DNA of 64,000 nucleotides from NCBI GenBank assembly GCA_963833125.1, contig CAWHWX010000001.1:96001-160000 (forward strand), read 5' to 3'. This stretch comes from Candidatus Bathyarchaeota archaeon. GTDB lineage: Archaea > Thermoproteota > Bathyarchaeia > 40CM-2-53-6. A program made the position numbers and the translations under genes. Under the pieces are notes generated by a model. The model was not told the DNA's origin. It saw only the letters and a list, made by a program, of their open reading frames with translations, and searched no databases. Positions 59,789 to 64,000 of the stretch are shown here, in pieces; position 1 is the stretch's first letter, and the number at the start of each line of letters is the position of its first letter.

Positions 59789-59930
59789 TGGCGGGTCCGG
59801 AGGGATTTGAACCCTGTCGGCCACTTTCCTTTAGTTGTGGCTCTCGACCTTCGGGTATCCCCCATCCGGTTAAGAGCTTCGGCCAAAGCTGAGCCTAGTC
59901 CGCCGCTCTACCTGGCTGAGCTACGGACCC
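59789..59930 (-). tRNA. tRNA-Lys(CTT) with three introns and encoded CCA
   Basis: Exons 59930-59900, 59877-59871, 59856-59843 and 59813-59789 join to a 77-nt cloverleaf GGGTCCG TA GCTC AGCCAGGTA GAGC G GCGGG CTCTTAA CCCGA AGGTC GAGGG TTCAAAT CCCTC CGGACCC G CCA. Confidence 0.88.
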
Positions 59931-60006
59931 GCTGAAGGCCTGTGAAAGTTTGCTCGCACATTAAAGTATTCTCGGCGACAAGGGACATTGAGGATGCGTC
60001 TGAGTC

Positions 60007-60810
60007 ATGGGGGAATTAATCTTCATAGGCTTAGGCTTGTACGACGAACAAGGCCTATCACTTCGCGGACAAACCGAAGCAAGAACCTGTGATCGAGTCT
60101 TCGCAGAATTCTATACCAGCGTGATGCCCGGACTGAAAATAGAAAAGCTCAGCGAAACGGTGGGTAAACCCGTCCAGATCCTATCACGCATTGATATTGA
60201 GGAGGACGCAGAAAAACAGATTCTGTCGAAAGCTAAGACGGAAAAAATTGCGATTCTGGTGGCGGGAGATCCGATGGTGGCAACAACTCACGTTGACCTA
60301 CGCCTACGAGCTCATAGGGCAGGTATTCGAACTCGCATCATCCACGCAGCCACCGTAACGTCCGGAGCAGCGGGAGCGACCGGTCTACAGTCCTACAAGT
60401 TCGGCAGAACCATCACGGTACCTCTCGCAACAGGTGACAACCTACCTGAGAGCATTTACGCGGCGCTCAGAGTCAACCTTGAAGCCGGCCTACATTCACT
60501 AGTTTTACTCGAAGTTAACGCTGAGACTAAACAACACGTAACCATCCCCAAAGCACTCCAAGGATTACTCTCCCTCGCGGCCCGAACACAAAACCCAGTC
60601 ATAAAACCGGAAATGCTGGTTGTGGGTATAGCGAGACTGGAAGCACCAGACATGATTGTTCATGCCGCAAGCATCTCGGAACTTATGCAGGTTGATTTCG
60701 GTAAACCCCCACACTGCCTCATCTTTCCCAGCACCCTGCATTTTGTTGAGGCAGAGGCCCTGCAAGTTTTCTGTGGCGCACGGAAAGGCTTGGTGACTTC
60801 GGAACATTGA
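60007..60810 (+). CDS. dph5: Diphthine synthase
   Basis: LIFIGLGL.DE, EFYTS, GDPMVATTH.DL, GLQSYKFG. Confidence 0.95.
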   Translation: MGELIFIGLGLYDEQGLSLRGQTEARTCDRVFAEFYTSVMPGLKIEKLSETVGKPVQILSRIDIEEDAEKQILSKAKTEKIAILVAGDPMVATTHVDLRLRAHRAGIRTRIIHAATVTSGAAGATGLQSYKFGRTITVPLATGDNLPESIYAALRVNLEAGLHSLVLLEVNAETKQHVTIPKALQGLLSLAARTQNPVIKPEMLVVGIARLEAPDMIVHAASISELMQVDFGKPPHCLIFPSTLHFVEAEALQVFCGARKGLVTSEH

Positions 60811-61085
60811 GCGCATTCAATGAAGATCCAATGTCCCGAGCCCGCAGATACATTGCGAATCTCACAGCAGACCTCGAGAAAACATCCACACTGAAGGCGA
60901 ACACGTTGGTCAAAACATCCAACATTGATGGAGTCACCGATGCAATTCACCGTTATCTCCAAGACGCACATCACTACCTAGACCAAGGACTCGCAACAAC
61001 CTCCCTAGCATCCGTAGCCTACGCTGAAGGTTTACTCGATGCTCTGAAATTCCTAGAATTAACTCAACCTCGAAATGAGCAGTAA
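60807..61085 (+). CDS. DUF357 family protein
   Basis: Y..DA.HY...G....SLASVAYAEGLLDAL; typical neighbour of dph5. Confidence 0.85.
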   Translation: MSAFNEDPMSRARRYIANLTADLEKTSTLKANTLVKTSNIDGVTDAIHRYLQDAHHYLDQGLATTSLASVAYAEGLLDALKFLELTQPRNEQ

Positions 61086-61761
61086 GGCATTTAGTCGTGA
61101 GATGGCGTTGGTCGAATGCCCGGCGGTTGAAATGAGTGCAGATGAACGGACTCTAATTAAAGCCGCCTACCTCGCGCAGCTTAGGCACGGTCCCTTTACC
61201 GAAAGGACTGTCCAAGACACAATGAAGCACGACGCAATAGCCCGCCTGATAAACTCAAAACATTTGGTTCCCCAACAGACCGACTCCGAAACCCGCTACA
61301 CATTATCCGAGCAGAGCCGCAGACAAATCAAAGTCGTACTGGCGGGTGGCGTCTACGACGTTCTGCATGTAGGACACTTGGCTGCACTCACAGAAGCAAA
61401 ATCGTTTGGTGATGTCTTGGTAGTGGTTGTTGCTACCGACATTACCGTCGAAACATTGAAGGGAAGAAAACCGGTCGTGCCGGAAGAAGATCGGCGCGCC
61501 CTCGTCGAAGGCCTAAAACCCGTTGACATTGCCATCTTAGGGTATGAGGATGTTGGCTTCGGATTTGAACAAGTTCTGGCGGAAGTTAAACCAGATCTCG
61601 TCGCGTTCGGTTACGACCAAGAGAAGCTAGAAGAAATAGTCGTGGAAATCATTCAACGCCACCGCTTGGGGATTGAGGTGGTTAAGTTGTCGAGGTTTGA
61701 TCATGAGAAGTATGCGAGTTCTAGTTTGCTGAGGCAGAAGCTTTCTGAGGAGCTGAGCTAA
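61075..61761 (+). CDS. ribL: FAD synthase (cytidylyltransferase family) with N-terminal extension
   Basis: GGVYDVLHVGH, KPD....GYDQ, SSS; adjacent to riboflavin kinase. Confidence 0.8.
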   Translation: MSSKAFSREMALVECPAVEMSADERTLIKAAYLAQLRHGPFTERTVQDTMKHDAIARLINSKHLVPQQTDSETRYTLSEQSRRQIKVVLAGGVYDVLHVGHLAALTEAKSFGDVLVVVVATDITVETLKGRKPVVPEEDRRALVEGLKPVDIAILGYEDVGFGFEQVLAEVKPDLVAFGYDQEKLEEIVVEIIQRHRLGIEVVKLSRFDHEKYASSSLLRQKLSEELS

Positions 61762-62434
61762 ACGCTCTCATCTTCACCGTGTCCCCATCCTTAATTCGCA
61801 ATGCTTTTCTCAAATATTCACTCGAGATAATCTCGACGACATCGCCTTGGTAGTGGGTTCGGACTGGAGAGATTAGGGCACAGGTGAATTTGTCCGCGAC
61901 CTTGCCCTGAAAGCATTTGGCTGGGCCGAAGCTTCTATTCCCGTCGGTAAATCCCTCGATAAGTATGAAAGGTGAAGCTTCAAGCATACGCACTTCCTCT
62001 TGATCCTCTTTCCGCACTCGAAGGTTCAACGTGCCGGGGTAGGGTTCGAAGCCGAGCTTTGCAACAAACTGTTTTCTATACCCCTCCTGATTCATGTAAT
62101 AGGCTCCCTCCCCGAGTCCAGAGAACAGGGTGCCTTCGAAGACTAGCTCAGCTTTCTTCATTTCAAACGCTCGTTTGAGCGTCAGAAACATGTTATCGAG
62201 ATGTTTAACGCCGCCGGAGGTGATTTTTATGGATTCACGACGGCCTAACCTTACTCTGTGAATGAATCCCATCTTCTCCAGTTCAATTAGGTGGCGGGAG
62301 GCTGTTTGCTGAGACGCACCGAGAAGCTTCGCGAGTTCGGTTGTGGTGAATATGACCTCGTCTGGGTAAGCGCCCACCTCTATGAGCTTGTAAAGAGTTA
62401 TGAGGAGGCTGGGTTTGATTTCCTTATTCGCCAT
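61721..62434 (-). CDS. ribK: CTP-dependent riboflavin kinase with N-terminal HTH
   Basis: SQQTASR HTH, SGLGEG.YY, PYPGTLN, RTH. Confidence 0.93.
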   Translation of the reverse strand: MANKEIKPSLLITLYKLIEVGAYPDEVIFTTTELAKLLGASQQTASRHLIELEKMGFIHRVRLGRRESIKITSGGVKHLDNMFLTLKRAFEMKKAELVFEGTLFSGLGEGAYYMNQEGYRKQFVAKLGFEPYPGTLNLRVRKEDQEEVRMLEASPFILIEGFTDGNRSFGPAKCFQGKVADKFTCALISPVRTHYQGDVVEIISSEYLRKALRIKDGDTVKMRAFSSAPQKASASAN

Positions 62435-63063
62435 TTTTCCTTCGTTACCTCTTCATGAGCAAGCTTGATCGGAACTGGACCATGTGCTGTGAGGCAGTGC
62501 TTGACAATTCTAACCGCGTCTCTCAAGGATATCTTGTGCCCCACACTGACATAGATGGTTTTCCCACTCCCCGGAAGAACCAAACTCTCAGCAATCTGGC
62601 AACCATCCTCGTCCAATACATGCTTCCCTTTCACAGACCCGTAAAGTAGACTCTTCGCAACACCAATGGTAGGGCGGTCTAGGGCCAGGCCAACGAAGCA
62701 AGCTAATCCAAATCTCCTTGGGTGCGCGAGTCCATGAGCATCTACGATGCAAACGTATGAGTCAGCCTTCAACCGGCGGACGGCTCGAAGAACTCCGGGC
62801 CCTTCTCTGAACGCCAGAAGACCTGGAATATATGGGAACCTGGTTCGCTCCTTAACAGTCTTGATTCTTAGCGGCTGGAGCGTGTTGTAATCGGTTAACA
62901 CCGCCGCGGCTAGGGTTGTCCCGTTGAAGTAAGTTGCGTCGCAGCCAACGAGCGAGGTGAGGTTCTTCGGGAGATCACTTGTCTCTTCCACACGAGAGGC
63001 GAGCCGTTCTTGCATTGCCACTCCTTTATTCGAGGTAATATTGGATGGGATCCTAATTCGCAT
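62398..63063 (-). CDS. nfi: Endonuclease V
   Basis: FPYIPGLLAFRE, VDAHGLAHPRRFGLA, IGVAKS, YVSVGH. Confidence 0.94.
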   Translation of the reverse strand: MRIRIPSNITSNKGVAMQERLASRVEETSDLPKNLTSLVGCDATYFNGTTLAAAVLTDYNTLQPLRIKTVKERTRFPYIPGLLAFREGPGVLRAVRRLKADSYVCIVDAHGLAHPRRFGLACFVGLALDRPTIGVAKSLLYGSVKGKHVLDEDGCQIAESLVLPGSGKTIYVSVGHKISLRDAVRIVKHCLTAHGPVPIKLAHEEVTKEKWRIRKSNPASS

Positions 63064-63748
63064 GTCGTCCGCTTTTTGGTTGCTTGGACTTGGCTCCGAG
63101 TCTGCGTTCTACGCCTCTTAGGGCTCTCTCCAATGAAACCCGGCGAAGATCCGTTGCTACGTCGCCGCACGTGGTTTCGAGTATTCTTCGGGCGGCGTCG
63201 AGTTTGTGGCGGTAGTTTGGTAGAATTGAGGTTCTATCGAGGGACATGAGGTCTTCATAGAGGCCTTCCATGGTTGAGAGAAGTTTCTGCGCTTCCTCGG
63301 CGTTTCCGCGGCGTAGCGAGTCCAGAATCAGCCTTCGCATCTCACCCACAAAGTCGAGCATGCCAAGCAGGTAGGCTGTGCTGCCTGTTCCAACTTCACT
63401 TAGGGTTGCAACCTTTCCGCTTTTTTTCAGTTGAAAGAGGAGTTTGGCTTCTGCGTATTCTTGGAAGGCAACAAGCACCTGTCCGAATTGGGGGAGTTCG
63501 GAGTGGGCGGAGAGCAGGGTTTGAAGCTCGTCGAGGGATTGCTTGGCTTCGGTTAGTGTCTTATTTGCTTGGGATAGGTTGCCGCGATGGACCTGAATGA
63601 TCGCCCAGCTGCACAACCTCGTTGTGCTTCTAGTTATGGTCTGGAGCTCTTCCCTCGCTTTGTCATAGGATAATAGTTCTGCTTGAATTTGATGCATGTC
63701 GCTCTTTGAGAGCATAAGCGCTCGCTGCACGCTAACGCCCTGAGGCAA
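63053..63748 (-). CDS. Translin family protein
   Basis: REE, QEYAEA, YLLG..D.VGE.RR, R.KLD. Confidence 0.85.
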   Translation of the reverse strand: MPQGVSVQRALMLSKSDMHQIQAELLSYDKAREELQTITRSTTRLCSWAIIQVHRGNLSQANKTLTEAKQSLDELQTLLSAHSELPQFGQVLVAFQEYAEAKLLFQLKKSGKVATLSEVGTGSTAYLLGMLDFVGEMRRLILDSLRRGNAEEAQKLLSTMEGLYEDLMSLDRTSILPNYRHKLDAARRILETTCGDVATDLRRVSLERALRGVERRLGAKSKQPKSGRHAN

Positions 63749-63768
63749 TTAAACGAATGGAACCGAGT

Positions 63769-64000
63769 TTACTTTATGACCGCTTCGTGTTCTTCGCGTA
63801 TTCCGCTGTTAGTTATGATGAGCATGTCGATCCCTTCTCCGCTCCCGATGTCCCTTGCTGAAGCGGCTTTCACGGCCTTACGAACTAAGCCCTTCGTCAT
63901 CAATAGCCATGCCGTCCTTGAAGTCCGATTCGAGGAGACCCATTGCAATCTCTGACCCTGAGCCGATTGCGGTGAACTTGTCTTCGATCACCGACCCCAA
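63769..64000 (-). CDS. psmB: Second proteasome beta subunit, 3' part (truncated by the window, one indel)
   Basis: LGSVIEDKFTAIGSGSEIAMGLLE...AVKAASARDIGSGEGIDML. Confidence 0.85.

Noticed and set aside
53700-59789. Integrated element at the tRNA-Lys 3' end
   Set aside because: I found no duplicated tRNA 3' end and no integrase. ATTTGAACC matches at ~4508 and ~23446 are too short and belong to the repeat's outer arm.
10557-64000. Many frameshifts (beta-helix protein, APC permease, deacetylase, MTase, trpB2, ACT regulator, lhr, M50, second psmB) as programmed frameshifting or genome decay
   Set aside because: They hit conserved genes at random positions with no shared slippery motif, and the flanking protein is otherwise intact. 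Uncorrected long-read indels are the simplest explanation, and read polishing would decide.

Overview
Archaeal genomic DNA from a TACK-type lineage. Bathyarchaeia is my best guess, inferred from gene content: proteasome beta x2, aCPSF1/FttA, SmAP, L37e, RPA, Lhr, Dph5, RibK/RibL, a histone and a multi-intron tRNA. The window has two parts. (1) An accessory region, about 1-29.4 kb, in which unrelated one- to few-gene modules are separated by about 24 copies of a ~28-bp asymmetric imperfect inverted repeat. Its consensus is GTGTGTGGGTC-NNNTGG-TGCGCACACAC (11-6-11, like a tyrosine-recombinase site), often with a longer outer arm. Most single-gene modules lie between directly oriented copies, which suggests a gene-cassette array. 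I see no recombinase in the window. The cargo includes four Walker-A-less KaiC/RAD55-like paralogues. (2) A mostly housekeeping region, 29.5-64 kb, with only one clear repeat copy (55.9 kb, in a small accessory pocket). It also holds a tRNA-Lys(CTT) with three introns and several microproteins missing from the ORF track. Many genes, including conserved ones, are split by small indels, which I read as long-read assembly errors. All calls are by-eye motif recognition; no searches were run.
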